From Mobula hypostoma (Eukaryota), in contig NC_086109.1 of the NCBI RefSeq assembly GCF_963921235.1, positions 33,482,001 through 33,546,000 on the forward strand: DNA of 64,000 nt, in the 5' to 3' direction. Positions 25,100 through 36,700 of the stretch are shown here, piece after piece (position 1 is the first letter of the stretch; every line of letters starts with the position of its first letter). The notes beneath the pieces are model-generated. The model saw only the letters and a list, made by a program, of their open reading frames with translations, was not told where the DNA came from and made no database searches. The position numbers and the translations under genes were made by a program.

Positions 25100-25550
25100 A
25101 TGATGGTGAGGGCAACTTTGGAGTATTCCAAGCAGTTCTGATCTCCTATCTACAGGAAAGATATCAGTAAGCTGGAAAAAGTTCAGAGACAATTTATGTG
25201 GATGTTGCTGGGATCTGAGTTACAACAATAGGTTAGGACTTTGTCCCCTGGAGTGCAGGAGCATGAGGGGAGATCATACAGAGGTATACAAAATTATAAG
25301 GAGTATTAATAGTGTGAATGCATTCTGGCCTTTTCTCCTTAGGATTAGAGGGACTGGAACTAGAAGTCATAGTTTGGGATGAAAGGTGAAATATTTAAGG
25401 GGAATCTGAGGGGGAACTTCTCCACTCAGAATGTGGTAAAATGAGCTGCCAGTGGAACTGGTAGATGCATGTTCCATTATAACATTTAAGAGAAGTTTGG
25501 ATAGGTACATGGATGAGAAAGATATGGAGGTCAATAGTCTGGATGCAGGA
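25100..25550 (+). mobile_element. CR1 3' fragment of a second subfamily
   Basis: LEYSKQF, RGDHTEVYKII and ggggaacttctccactcagaatgtggt. Confidence 0.65.
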
Positions 25551-26185
25551 TGTTGTGGTAGTTAATAGTGTTATTCCTTTGCCACTTACTTAATGATTCC
25601 CACATGGAAGAAGATCACATATTGTACAAGCAACGTTATCCATAAAGTTCAGTTGAATATCCTACAAGGCTGGTGTTCTGGTGTGCCCTGCTCTGTCCCC
25701 CAATATCAAGCACAACATGGTGTCAGAAGTGGTTGATCATTGATGAATTGGTGCTACATACCAAGTGAGATCCCCAGCAAGAAGTCATTTACAGTAAGTC
25801 TGTTTTTGTTTACATATATCTATGAAAAATATCCAGAGAATTATCAACCGAAACTTCCTGTGCTAGTTGCTAACTGTATGTACTGCATGAGCTGAGAACT
25901 GGCCAGGGTTGCTAGGCAACGCCTTCAGGCTGCACCCAAGAGTGAATACATTGTAAAAATCTGTTGTTCACGAGCCTGGGGAAGTGCACAGAGACACAGA
26001 CACAGCAGAGAAGTCAGTCAAACTCTCAGAAAGGGAAAAAAGACTTTTGTAGTCAAAATAAATGAAATAATAAATAAACAAATGAATAGGAAAATGGAGC
26101 AAATACTGCAGTACCCACATCTACTTATCAAATAAAGCCCCCCGAGACATTTGATTTCTCTAAACCAGGGGACTTTGAGAGATGC
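25551..26185 (+). mobile_element. Gypsy LTR element 5' end: 167-bp LTR, PBS, leader and start of gag
   Basis: LTR TG..CA at 25551-25717, PBS tggtgtcagaagtgg at 25718-25732 (tRNA-Leu-type), and gag start KPPETFDFSKPGDFER. Confidence 0.75.
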
Positions 26186-26968
26186 TAAGGCTCTTGAAGG
26201 TATAGCGTGGCATAGTGTGTGATAGGTGTGATAAAAGTTCTTTGTTTCTGTGACTCAGGAGCGAAAAGGATTGGCCAGAACCCTGAGCTTTGCATCTAGT
26301 TTGGTGAGGAACTTTGCTCCACCCAACATACCCAATGTGTGCTCAACAGAGAGCAGAATAAACTTCTCCTGCCTCACTGCATTATTCAATTTTGTTAGAT
26401 CAGTACAGATCCTAACTGTGCCATCTGGCTTGGGAACAAAAATAATGTTCATACACCAGTCAGTCAGTCAGTCCATTCACTCTAGATATGTTGTCAAGCG
26501 CCTTCTCTTAAGTTCAACTTTGACTTTGTTCATCAGTGGGACTAGTATATGCCTCGCTATAGTCAGAGAGTAGAGCATCACTCCTGGCCTCAGTTGGATA
26601 AGGTACTCTTTTTTCAGTATCCCCAGGCCTGTGAACAAATCTGGGGACTTCTCCTGCTACTGGACATTGTTTAGTGAATTCAATCTTACAATGAGGTTCA
26701 GCTTCTGGATGCACATCATCCCAACAATGGCAAGAAGAGATTCTGAACAACATAGGCATCCTCCGATGACCCCTTCTCCCGTCTTCAACCCTCCTCTTCT
26801 TCATGGACACCCCGCTCTGGTCTTCTGCCTGCTCTGGATCTCTTTATTGCTAACTGCCGACGGGACATCAACCATCTCGACTTCACCGCACCTTGTCCCC
26901 ATTCCAACCTCACTCCTTCGGAACGCTCTGCTCTCCACTCCCTCCGCACTAATCCTGACCTTATTATT

Positions 26969-28767
26969 AAACCCGCTGATAAGGGGGGTGCTGTTGTAGT
27001 CTGGCGTACTGACCTCTACCTTGCCGAGGCGCAGCGACAACTCGCGGATACCTCCTCTTATTTACCCCTCGATCGTGACCCCACTAAGGAGCACCAGGCC
27101 ATTGTCTCCCACACTATCAATGACTTTAACCGCTCAGGGGATCTCCCATCCACTGCTACCAACCTTATAGTTCCCACACCCCGCACTTCCCGTTTCTACC
27201 TCCTATCCAAGATCCACAAACCTGCCTGTCCTGGCCGACCTATTGTCTCAGCTTGCTCCTGCCCCACCGAACTCGTTTCTGCATACCTCGACACTGTTTT
27301 ATCACCCCTTGTTCAATCCTTTCCGACCTATGTTCGTGACACTTCTCACGCTCTTAAACTTTTCAATGATTTTAAGTTCCCTGGCCCCCACCGCTTTATT
27401 TTCACCATGGATGTCCAGTCCTTATATACTTCCATCCCCCATCAGGAAGGTCTCAAAGCTCTACGCTTCTTTTTGGATTCCAGACCTAATCAGTTCCCCT
27501 CTACCACCACTCTGCTCCGTCTAGCGGAATTAGTCCTTACTCTTAATAATTTCTCCTTTTGCTCCTCCCATTTCCTCCATACTAAAGGTGTAGCTATGGG
27601 CACCCGTATGGGTCCTAGCTATGCCTGCCTTTTTGTTGGGTTTGTGGAACAATCTATGTTCCGTGCCTATTCTGGTATCTGTCCCCCACTTTTCCTTCGC
27701 TACATCGACGACTGCATTGGCGCTGCTTCCTGCATGCATGCAGAACTCGTTGACTTTATTAACTTTGCCTCCAACTTTCACCCTGCCCTCAAGTTTACCT
27801 GGTCCATTTCCGACACCTGCCTCCCCTTTCTAGATCTTTCTGTCTCTGTCTCTGGAGACAGCTTATCCACTGATGTCTACTATAAGCCTACTGACTCTCA
27901 CAGCTATCTGGACTATTCCTCTTCTCACCCTGTCTCTTGCAAAAACGCCATCCCCTTCTCGCAATTCCTCCGTCTCCGCCGCATCTGCTCTCAGGATGAG
28001 GCTTTTCATTCTAGGACGAGGGAGATGTCTTCATTTTTTAAAGAAAGGGGCTTCCCTTCCTCCACTATCAACTCTGCTCTTAAACGCATCTCCCCCATTT
28101 CACGTACATCTGCTCTCACTCCATCCTCCCACCACCCCACTAGGAATAGGGTTCCCCTGGTCCTCACCTACCACCCCACCAGCCTCCGGGTCCAACATAT
28201 TATTCTCCGTAACTTCCGCCACCTCCAACGGGATCCCACCACTAAGCATATCTTTCCCTCCCCACCTCTCTCTGCATTCCGCAGGGTCGCTCCCTACACA
28301 ACTCCCTTGTCCATTCGTCCCCCCCATCCCTCCCCACTGATCTCCCTCCTGGCACTTATCCGTGTAAGCGGAACAAGTGCTACACATGCCCTTACACTTC
28401 CTCCCTTACCACCATTCAGGGCCCCAAACAGTCCTTCCAGGTGAGGCATCACTTCACCTGTGAGTCGACTGGGGTGATATACTGCGTCCGGTGCTCCCGA
28501 TGTGGCCTTTTATATATTGGTGAGACCTGACGCAGACTGGGAGACCGCTTTGCTGAACATCTACGCTCTGTCCGCCAGAGAAAGCAGGATCTTCCAGTGG
28601 CCACACATTTTAATTCCACATCCCATTCCCATTCTGACATGTCTATCCACGGCCTCCTCTACTGTAAAGATGAAGCCACACTCAGGTTGGAGGAACAACA
28701 CCTTATATTCCGTATGGGTAGCCTCCAACCTGATGGCATGAACATTGACTTCTCTAACTTCCGCTAG
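26969..28767 (+). pseudogene. PLE ORF: RT, Cys linker, GIY-YIG endonuclease; one frameshift (~28285) and one stop (28528-28530)
   Basis: KPADKGG, KIHK..PGRPIVS, DVQSLYTSIP, GVAMG, RYIDD, YYKPTD, CKRNKCYTC, VIYCVRCSRCGLLYIGET*RRLGDRFAEH and VATHFN. Confidence 0.9.
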
Positions 28768-29061
28768 GCCCCACCTCCCCCTCGTACCCCATATGTTACT
28801 CATTTTTATGCACACATTCTTTCTCTCACTCTCCTTTTTCTCCCTCTGTCCCTCTGAATATACCTCTTGCCCATCCTCTGGGTCACCCCCCCCTCCTTGT
28901 CTTTCTTCCCGGACCTCCTGTCCCATGATCCTCTCGTATCCCCCTTTGCCTATCACCTGTCCAGCTCTCGGCTCTATCCCTCCCCCTCCTGTCTTCTCCT
29001 ATCATTTTGCATCTCCCCCCCCCCTCCAGCTTTCAAATCCCTTACTCACTCTTCCTTCAGT

Positions 29062-29099
29062 TAGTCCTGACGAAGGGTCTCGGCCTGAAACGTCGACTA
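29062..29099 (+). ncRNA. Minimal type-I hammerhead ribozyme motif in the PLE 3' region
   Basis: tagtc-CTGACGA-agg(gtctcgg)cct-GAA-ACGT-C-gacta. Stem I is tagtc/gacta, the CUGANGA and GAAA cores are present, stem II is agg/cct, the stem III loop is palindromic ACGU, and the cleavage triplet is GUC. Confidence 0.75.
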
Positions 29100-30499
29100 C
29101 GCCTCTTCCTATAGATGCTGCCTGGCCTGCTGCGTTCACCAGCAACTTTGATGTAGTGTTGCATCCTCTTTTAACTGTTTCTCACTTTTACAGATGGAAG
29201 TCGTAAACATTCCTTTCACACTGAGCTTATGTTTCCCTGATCCCATGAGCACTTTCTTTGTTGCGTTTAGCTTAATTTGCTGTTTAGTAGCCTGGCAACA
29301 ATCCTATCTCCAATGAACTCATTTCTCAGATTTCCATATATGCAGTTGTCTGACAGGGCATACAATGCTGTGATGAAGCGATTTACCTTTCATCTGGCTC
29401 CTGTTTTCTGGAGTTGAACTTTGCCCTCGCATATATCCCATTTTGCTTTCCTGTGAAATATTCTTTGAATTTGTCCTGCACCGCTTTGTACTCTTTTTTT
29501 TCTGAGCATGTAAGTCCTAATCCACCCATGATGGCATCTGCTTTGTCACCCATGCAGTATATCAGTGTGTGTACTCAATGCTCTTCTGAAGCCTGAGTCA
29601 GATTGCTTGCAAAGTGTCTGAGCCATCTCTCAAAGTCCCCTGGTTTAGAGAAATCAAATGTCTCGGGAGGATTTATTGGGTAAGTAGATGCAGTACTGTG
29701 GATACTTACTCCACTTTCATGTTTGCTTGTTTATTTATTATTTTATTATATTTATTTGGATTACAAAAGACTTATTTTCTCTCCTGACAGTCTGACTGAC
29801 TTCTTTGACTTCTCAGCTGTGTCTGTGTCCCTGTGCACTTCCCCAGCCTAGTGGCCCACAGATTATTACAGTGTATCCACTTTTGAGTGTAGCTTGAAGG
29901 TGTTGCCTAGCAACCCTGGCCCTTTCTAAGCTTATGCCTCATGGTGCATACAATTAGCAAATTAGCATAGGTAGTTTAGGTTGATAAGGCTCTAGATATT
30001 TCTTTATTAATGTATATGTGACCAAGAACAGTCTTCCTGTAAATGATTTCTTGTTGCGATCTCACAGTCTATAGAACCAATTCTGGCACCACGTTGTGTT
30101 TGTTATTGAGGGACAGTGCAGAGCACATCAGAACACCAGCATGAAGGATACTCAACTGAATTTTATTGATAACCCTGCTTGTACAGTACGTGAACTCCTC
30201 TCTTGTGGGAGTGGCTAACTGAGTGGTATAGGAATAACAACTTTATCTACCACTACAGTGGGTAAAACAAACCAGAGGGCAGTTAATCAGGCAGATTTTG
30301 GAATTATGCTGCAAATCCATGGAGCTAGCTTTCCAGCATTATATGGTTATATTGAAGATTGGTAATGCTGAAATATTTTTTAAAATTTTCTATTTAAAAT
30401 GTAAATATCCAAAGACACTAATTCTTAACATGAGTGATAATCAATTCCTAAGCAACAGACACTTGGCTAATATAAAACCTTGCATTAAAATTGATTGGC

Positions 30500-31290
30500 C
30501 TTATCTCAAACAATAACGAGGTGGCCTACAGGGAATAAGTCATCTCTCTGACACAGTGGTGTCAAGAAAACAACCTCTCCCTCAATGTTGCAAAAACAAA
30601 GGAGCTGGTTGTGGATTACAGGAGGAATGGTGATAGGCTAACCCCTATTGACATCAATGGATCTGGGGTTGAGAGGGTAAACAGCGTCAAGTTCCTTGGC
30701 ATCCACATCACTGAGGTCTGTACACACCAGCTGTGTGGTGAAAAAGACACAACAGCACCTCTTTCACCTCAGACGGTTGAGGAAGTTTAGTACGGGCCCC
30801 CAGATCGTAAGAACTTTCTAAAGGGGCACAACTGAGAGCATCTTGGCTGACTGTATCACTGCCTGGTATGGGAACTGTACCTCCCTTAATCACAGGACTC
30901 TGCAGAGAGCAGTGCAGACAGCCCAGCGCATCTGTAGTTGTGAACTTCCCTTGATTCAGGACATTTACAAGGACAGGTATGTAAAAAGCCCCCGCAGGAT
31001 TACTGGGGACCCAAGTCATCCCAACCACAATCTACACCAGCTGCTACCATCCAGGAAGTGGTACCGCAGCATAAAAGCCAGGACCAATAGGCTCCGGGAC
31101 AGTTTCTTCCATCAGGCCATCAAACTGATGAACTCACACTGATTTGAGTGTACTCTATACTACATGGACTGCTCTATTTATTATAAATTACTATGATTGC
31201 ACATGGCACATTTAGATGGACATGTAACATTAAGATTTTACTCCTCGTGTATGTGAAGGATCTAAGAAGTAAAGTCAATTCAATTCAGTT
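30500..31290 (+). mobile_element. Rex1/Babar LINE 3' fragment
   Basis: KTKELVVDYRR, CITAWYGNC, DPSHPNHNLHQLLPS..RTNRLRDSFF and an (AATTC)n tail. Confidence 0.85.
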
Positions 31291-32027
31291 GAAATATTGA
31301 TTATTGTTACTTATTTCAAGTTTTGGAAATTGCTCAGATAAATCATTAATCCTTCTCAGTAAGGCATTCACTGGAGAACTCTGTTCTAGTGTTTCATAAT
31401 CTAAAAATACCAGCATGGAACTTGTGAGTGTATTATGGTGCCACCATCACTAGACACTGAAACCAAGAGACCTGGGCACAAATTTGCATACACGTAGATC
31501 ATGACAAGTACCTTATTTGTCATTAGTTATTCTCAATCCTATTCTACGGACTGTGGTTACTCAGCCTCATCCACCAAATTTAATTGGAAACTAAAGTATT
31601 TACCTTTCAATCTCACTACAAAATATTCTGAAGTAATTCAGCTCTGTTGCATGAGGATTTTGTTTATTTTTCTTATCACACTAGATATCACTTAGCAACA
31701 TATTTACTTGCTTGCTTAGCAACTAAATCTAACCATATTTGAGCAGTGTGATCCTCTCAGGTTTATATTTAAATATGTAATAGATATTAAAAAAAATAGT
31801 ATTTATTTTTAAAAATATTTTGCACTTCAGCATCTATATTAATCATACATTTTCCACTGGTAATCTAGTGCCCAGTGAAATCTTTTAGCCAAATGTTGCA
31901 CTTCTTCCTGGCAAAGAACCTTTAATGTGATGAGATGCTCAGTGCACTTCTTACAGTACAGATCTTTCACGCCCAGGAACTGTTGACTTCATGAAACATT
32001 TCTCTAATGAGATGATTTTCTTATGAG

Positions 32028-32530
32028 TCTGGACTTTAGAAGGATATGAGTTGTTTTTCTTGAAATATTAGGTTCTGAAAGAACTTTTCAGTATTGAAGG
32101 TTTGCAGGAGTCCCTTCCTTACGTCCCTTCATAAGGACATCTAGAGCTGGACTTTAGAAGGACCTGAGTTGTTTTTCTCGAAATATTAGGTTCTTAAAAG
32201 ACTTTTCAGTATTCAAGGTTTGCAGGAGATTCCCCTCATAAGGACATCTAGAACTATGAGGCACAGTATCAAGATAAGGAGTTGGCACTTAAAAGCTAAT
32301 ATGAAGAGGAATTTCTATTCTTGGATGACTGCAAATCCCTGAAATTCTTTAACCCAGAGAGATATGTATGCTGAGCCTTTAAATATACTGTATTTATGAA
32401 TAAGATGGATAGAGTACAGAGGATCAATTGTTACTGGGATTGGGCATGAATATGTGAGGCCAGAAATCAGATTAGCCATGGCCATATTGAATGACAGCGC
32501 AGACATGAATGGCTGTATGAGCTCTTTTTT
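32028..32530 (+). mobile_element. Very old CR1 3' fragment with an internal ~120-bp tandem duplication
   Basis: ctggactttagaagg...aaggacatctaga occurs twice (~32029-32145 and ~32147-32252). A CR1-like 3' UTR follows. Confidence 0.6.
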
Positions 32531-32539
32531 GTGTTCACA

Positions 32540-33000
32540 TGACTTTGGAAAAGAGGTTGCCGCTGTCTCAGGGATTTTTAGACGGTTGTGCTTCAAGATC
32601 TGTAGCAAGCTCCATTGGTTCTCCATTGACTGTAAACTCTGGGGAGCTGGTCAGTTGGATATGAGGATGTTGCTCAACAGTTTTTCCAGAGTCAAAGGCT
32701 TTTCATGAAGTTGATGAAGGCTCTTGCTGTTCCATGCATTTTTTGGAACTGTTGCGCAGCAAAATTCATGTCCAATGTGCTTCTGGATGGACTAAATCCA
32801 GATTGCATTTCAGGTGAAGAGGACTCTGATGACAACATTTCCGGTGGTACGCAACAGGGAGCGCATACCCTTCTGTAAACACAAGACTGGCCTGTCTCCT
32901 CTTTTGAAGATTGCTGAATTACAGAATTTCTGATGTCCCCCGAAATATTCTGCTCTTTCCCATTGTCGGTGAAGTTGTGGATTTGAAGCTCTTCACATTA
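32540..33000 (-). mobile_element. RTE/BovB-like LINE RT fragment, decayed
   Basis: The minus strand reads MQSGFSPSRSTLDMNFAAQQFQKKCMEQ..KAFDS, resembling RTE RT motifs. Confidence 0.5.
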
Positions 33001-33339
33001 TGTGGCTGACCACACGACTTGCATCATGTTAAAGTGTTGAGCTTGTATGTTTTTTAGGCAATCACAGCTGATTTCTGTCTGGTTCACTGATGATAAGAAA
33101 TATCACCATCTACCTACCGTTCCACAACCACACCTCCAGTCATGTCTTAAGAAATGGTACATACATAAAAACATTGGTTGTGTTCAAGACTTTAAACATT
33201 TTCCCCCAGAGGGCATGAGATTGTTAACTTCAATCATTGCACTCCAGAGGAAACCCACGCAAAGATGGAAGCATGCTTAATGTTTTTCATTTTACCCAGT
33301 GTGAGGGAACTGGATCTCTCCATACAGCATGAATTTTTA

Positions 33340-33480
33340 CATAAGACCATAAGACATAGGAGCAGAATTAGGCCACTTGGCCCATCGAATCATGGCTGAT
33401 CCTTTCTTTCCCCTCCTCAGCTCCATTGCCTGGACGTCTCCCTCTACCCTTTGATGGCGCGTCCAATCGAGAACCTAGAG
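33340..33480 (-). mobile_element. CR1 3' tail
   Basis: cataagaccataagacataggagcagaattaggcc is the same terminus as at 22722. Confidence 0.75.
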
Positions 33481-33989
33481 CCAAGCCCTTCGAGAGGGGC
33501 ATCAGGGAGCTCTTCTTTATTTGAAGGCCAACATGGATGTAGAATAATCTCCCACAAAACATAATTGAAATTAGTTCAACTGAAAACTTAAAAATTGATA
33601 TATTTTAATTATGCATAGTCACATGGAAGCAAGTGAGTGAAATCAAGCAAAAATCAGATTAAATAAAAAGTAATGGGATGATGGAGCAGGCCTGAGGAGC
33701 TGAATGGTTAGCCTTGAAATTCCTTTCCATGTTTCCTTAGGTACATTCCCTCAGCAAGCAGCTCCTGTCCCTTCATCATTAGAGCATTATGTTGTCCATG
33801 TGTCTGTTCTATGCTTCAATGAAGTATTAACCTACTTTTCAGATTCAGATTCATTTATTCATCACATGTACATCGAAACACAGAGTGAGATGTGTCAGTT
33901 GTGTTCACAGCCAACACGACTGAAGAATGTGCTGGGAGCAGCCCACAATGATGCCCACACACTCTGGCGCCAATGAAGCATGCCCACCA

Positions 33990-35610
33990 TGTTCAAGGTT
34001 CAGAGTAAATTTTATTACCAAAGTGCATATACGTCGCCATATACAACCCTGAGATTCATTTTCATGTGGGTATACTTAGCAAATCTATAGAATAGTAACT
34101 ACAACAGATCAGCCAGCGTGCAGAAGACAACAAACCGTGTAAATGCAAATATAAATAAATAGCAATAAATAACAAGAACATGATATAATGAGATAAAAAG
34201 TCCTTGAAGTGAGATCACTGGTTGTGAGAATGTATCAATGATGGGGCAAATGAGTGTAGATATCCCCTTTTATTCAAGATCCTGATGGTTGAGGGGTAGA
34301 AACTGTTCCAGCACCTGGTGGTGTGAGGCCTGAGGCTCTTTACCACCTGCCTGATGGCAGCAGTGAGAAGAGAGCATGACCTGGGGGGTGGTAAGGATCT
34401 CTGAAGATGGATGCTGCTTTCCTATGACAGCGTTTCATATAGATGTGCTCAATGGTTGGGAAGGCTTTACTGCGATGTACTGGACCAAATCCACTATATT
34501 TTGCAGGATTTTCTTTTCAAAGGCATTGATGTTTCCATACCAGGCTGTGATGCAGCTAGTCAATACACTCTCCACTGCACATGAAGTTAGTCAAAGTTTT
34601 AGATGTCATGCCAGATCTCCGCAGACTCCTGAGGAAGTAGAGACACTGTTGTGTTTTTTGCGCAATTGCACTTACAGTATGTGCTGGTTCCAGTTAAAGT
34701 CCTCTGGAATGGTACACCCAGCAAATTAAAGTTGCTAACCCTCTCCACCTCTGATCCTTCAATGAGGACTGACTCATGAACCTCTGGTTTTCCTTTCCTG
34801 AAGTCTATAATCCATTCCTTGGTCTTGTTGACATTGAGTGAGAGGTTGTTGTTATGACACCACTTAGCAAGATGTTCAATCTCCCTCCTGTATGTTGATT
34901 CATCACCACCTTTTATCCGGCCCACAGCAGTGGTGTCATCAGCAAACCTGTATGTGACCTTGGAGATGTGGTTAGCCATACAGTCATAGGTGTAAAGTGA
35001 GTAGAACAGGGGTCTAAGCATACAGCCCTGTGGTGCACTTGTGCTAATGGAGATCGTGGAGAAGATGTTGCCAATCCAAGCTGACTGGGGTCTACAAGTG
35101 AGGAAATCAAGGATTCATAGAGGCTAAGGCCTTGGAGCTTGATTGATTTTGAGGTTATGATGGTATTGAATGCTGAGGTGTAGTCGATAAGGAGTATCCT
35201 GATATATGCAAACAACAGGAATTCTGCAGATGCTGGAAATTCAAGCGAGACACATCGAAGTTGCTGGTAAACGCAGCAGGCCAGGTAGCATCTCTAGGAA
35301 GAGATACAGTCGACGTTTCAGGCCGAGAACCTTCGTCAGAGCTAATCCTGACGAAGAGTCTCGGCCTGAAACGTCGACTGTACCTCTTCCTAGAGATGCT
35401 GCCTGGCCTGCTGCGTTTACCAGCAACTTTGATGTGTGTTTCCTGATGTATGCAGCTTTGTTGTCCAGGATTGAGTGAAGAGATAATGAGATGGCATCTG
35501 CTGTGGACCTGTTGCTCCATTTCGCAAACTGGAGCAGATCCAAGTAGCCTCCTAGGCAGGAGTTGATATGTTTCATCACCAGTCTCTCAAAACACTTCAT
35601 CATTGCGGAT
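33990..35610 (-). mobile_element. Rex1/Babar LINE RT and 3' part
   Basis: MKCFERLVMKHI, IDYTSAFNTII, YRFADDTT and LNVNKTKE, with the tail near 33990. Confidence 0.85.
35211..35440. mobile_element. Young palindromic PLE-derived non-autonomous element carrying two inverted hammerhead cores
   Basis: 90-bp inverted arms at 35250-35339 and 35348-35437 (5 mismatches, 8-nt spacer). 14-bp TSD tcctgatatatgca/tcctgatgtatgca at 35197-35210 and 35441-35454. Confidence 0.88.
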
Positions 35611-35689
35611 GCAAGTCATATCCATCAAAGGTAGGTAAAATAGTAGAATCAGGGGTGATTAATGTCGCAGTTACTTAAAACTTAACAAC

Positions 35690-36700
35690 TTTCTTCCGGT
35701 TAAGATGGTGCTACTAAACGTGTGCGACAGCTTTCTGGTAGTTAAGAAGCTAAGGAATCCAACTAAAAGCATCATCAAAAATACATTTTCTGAGGTAAAT
35801 TGTGTTCAATTATCGCTGCAAACAGTGAAAAGGATGAATGATGGTGAGGCGAGTTCAGGGAATGAGCTGAGATAATGCGTTTGCAGAATCCTTGCAGATG
35901 GAGTTCTGATGCCCGTATAACTAGCCTAGGAGTGAGGCTGGGTGCTCTGGGCCCCAAAAGGAGAAGTCAGGTCCCAGGCAGACGAGATTCAGTGCCCGTA
36001 CAACTAGCCTGCTCATGGGGTTGGATCGCTGTGGGGAGCAAGCTGATTGGAAGAACTTAAGAGCGGCTTTGGGCTGGGTGACAAAATCTGGGCCCAGAGT
36101 GAGTTGCTGGGTGGCATGGTCTAGGCCTGGAGCCTTTTGATGCACTGGTGTCTGGGTCCTAGTGCAAGGTATGCTTCACTGTTAAGACAATTTAAACGCC
36201 AGCCCAGATCAGAGGCGAGAGCTGATTTTTTTCACTTTCCACAATCGTCACTCTTCTCTCCTGGGCTCCAGAGTCTTTCGCTATTCCATTGTTTAATCAA
36301 TTTAAATTCTGGCCCAAGTAGACTAAAAAGACTGGATGTTGGGATCCTTCGTGATGGTCACCTACATAACACTGAGGCTATGAAGGTTGCTCCGTCTGCT
36401 TTGCTCCATGCCCGCTAATATGATGAACTGATAAACAAGGCTTCAGGCCTACTCCAGGCCTCTCTGGGGTTCGGTTCAGAGGACTCAATTTTGCTGTTGT
36501 TCACTTCAATTGTTTGCATGATTTGTATTTTTTTCTTTCTCTCGTGCGCTGAGAGTTGGTCTTTTATTTTTATTTTTATTATTTTTTTCTTTAATTAGGT
36601 TCTTTCAGGTTTCTTTCTTTGTGGCAACTTGCGAGCAAACAAACCTCAAGGTTGTATAATTTATACATTCTTTGATCATAAATGCACTTGAATCTTGAAA
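35690..36700 (+). mobile_element. Probable non-autonomous, non-coding retroposon with Rex1-like ends
   Basis: The 5' end has ccggttaagatgg. The 3' end aaacctcaaggttgtataatttatacattctttgatcataaatgcacttgaatcttgaa resembles the Rex1 tails at ~21450-21500 and ~33995-34055. Confidence 0.5.

Larger units (their letters stand above)
26764..29160 (+). mobile_element. Neptune-type Penelope-like element, 5'-truncated, young
   Basis: RT plus GIY-YIG coding region, pyrimidine-rich 3' UTR, hammerhead motif, and an 8-bp TSD gcatcctc at 26756-26763 and 29161-29168. Confidence 0.9.
26190..30257 (-). mobile_element. Second copy of the same Gypsy family in the opposite orientation (LTR, gag, partial PR/RT), interrupted by a PLE
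   Basis: LTR at 30092-30257, PBS tggtgccagaa at 30081-30091, gag VHTLIYCMGDKAD at ~29540-29580, and RT VPKPDGTVRICTDLTKLN...FLTKLDA at 26255-26452. Confidence 0.8.

Noticed and set aside
25551..30257. DIRS-type element with inverted terminal repeats
   Set aside because: No tyrosine recombinase or methyltransferase motifs are seen. A tRNA PBS, TG..CA LTRs and Gypsy-type RT are present instead.
35155..35603. Overlapping ORFs on both strands with near-identical peptides (SPDEGSRPETST-like)
   Set aside because: Artefact of the palindrome and the hammerhead sequence. There is no evidence of coding function.
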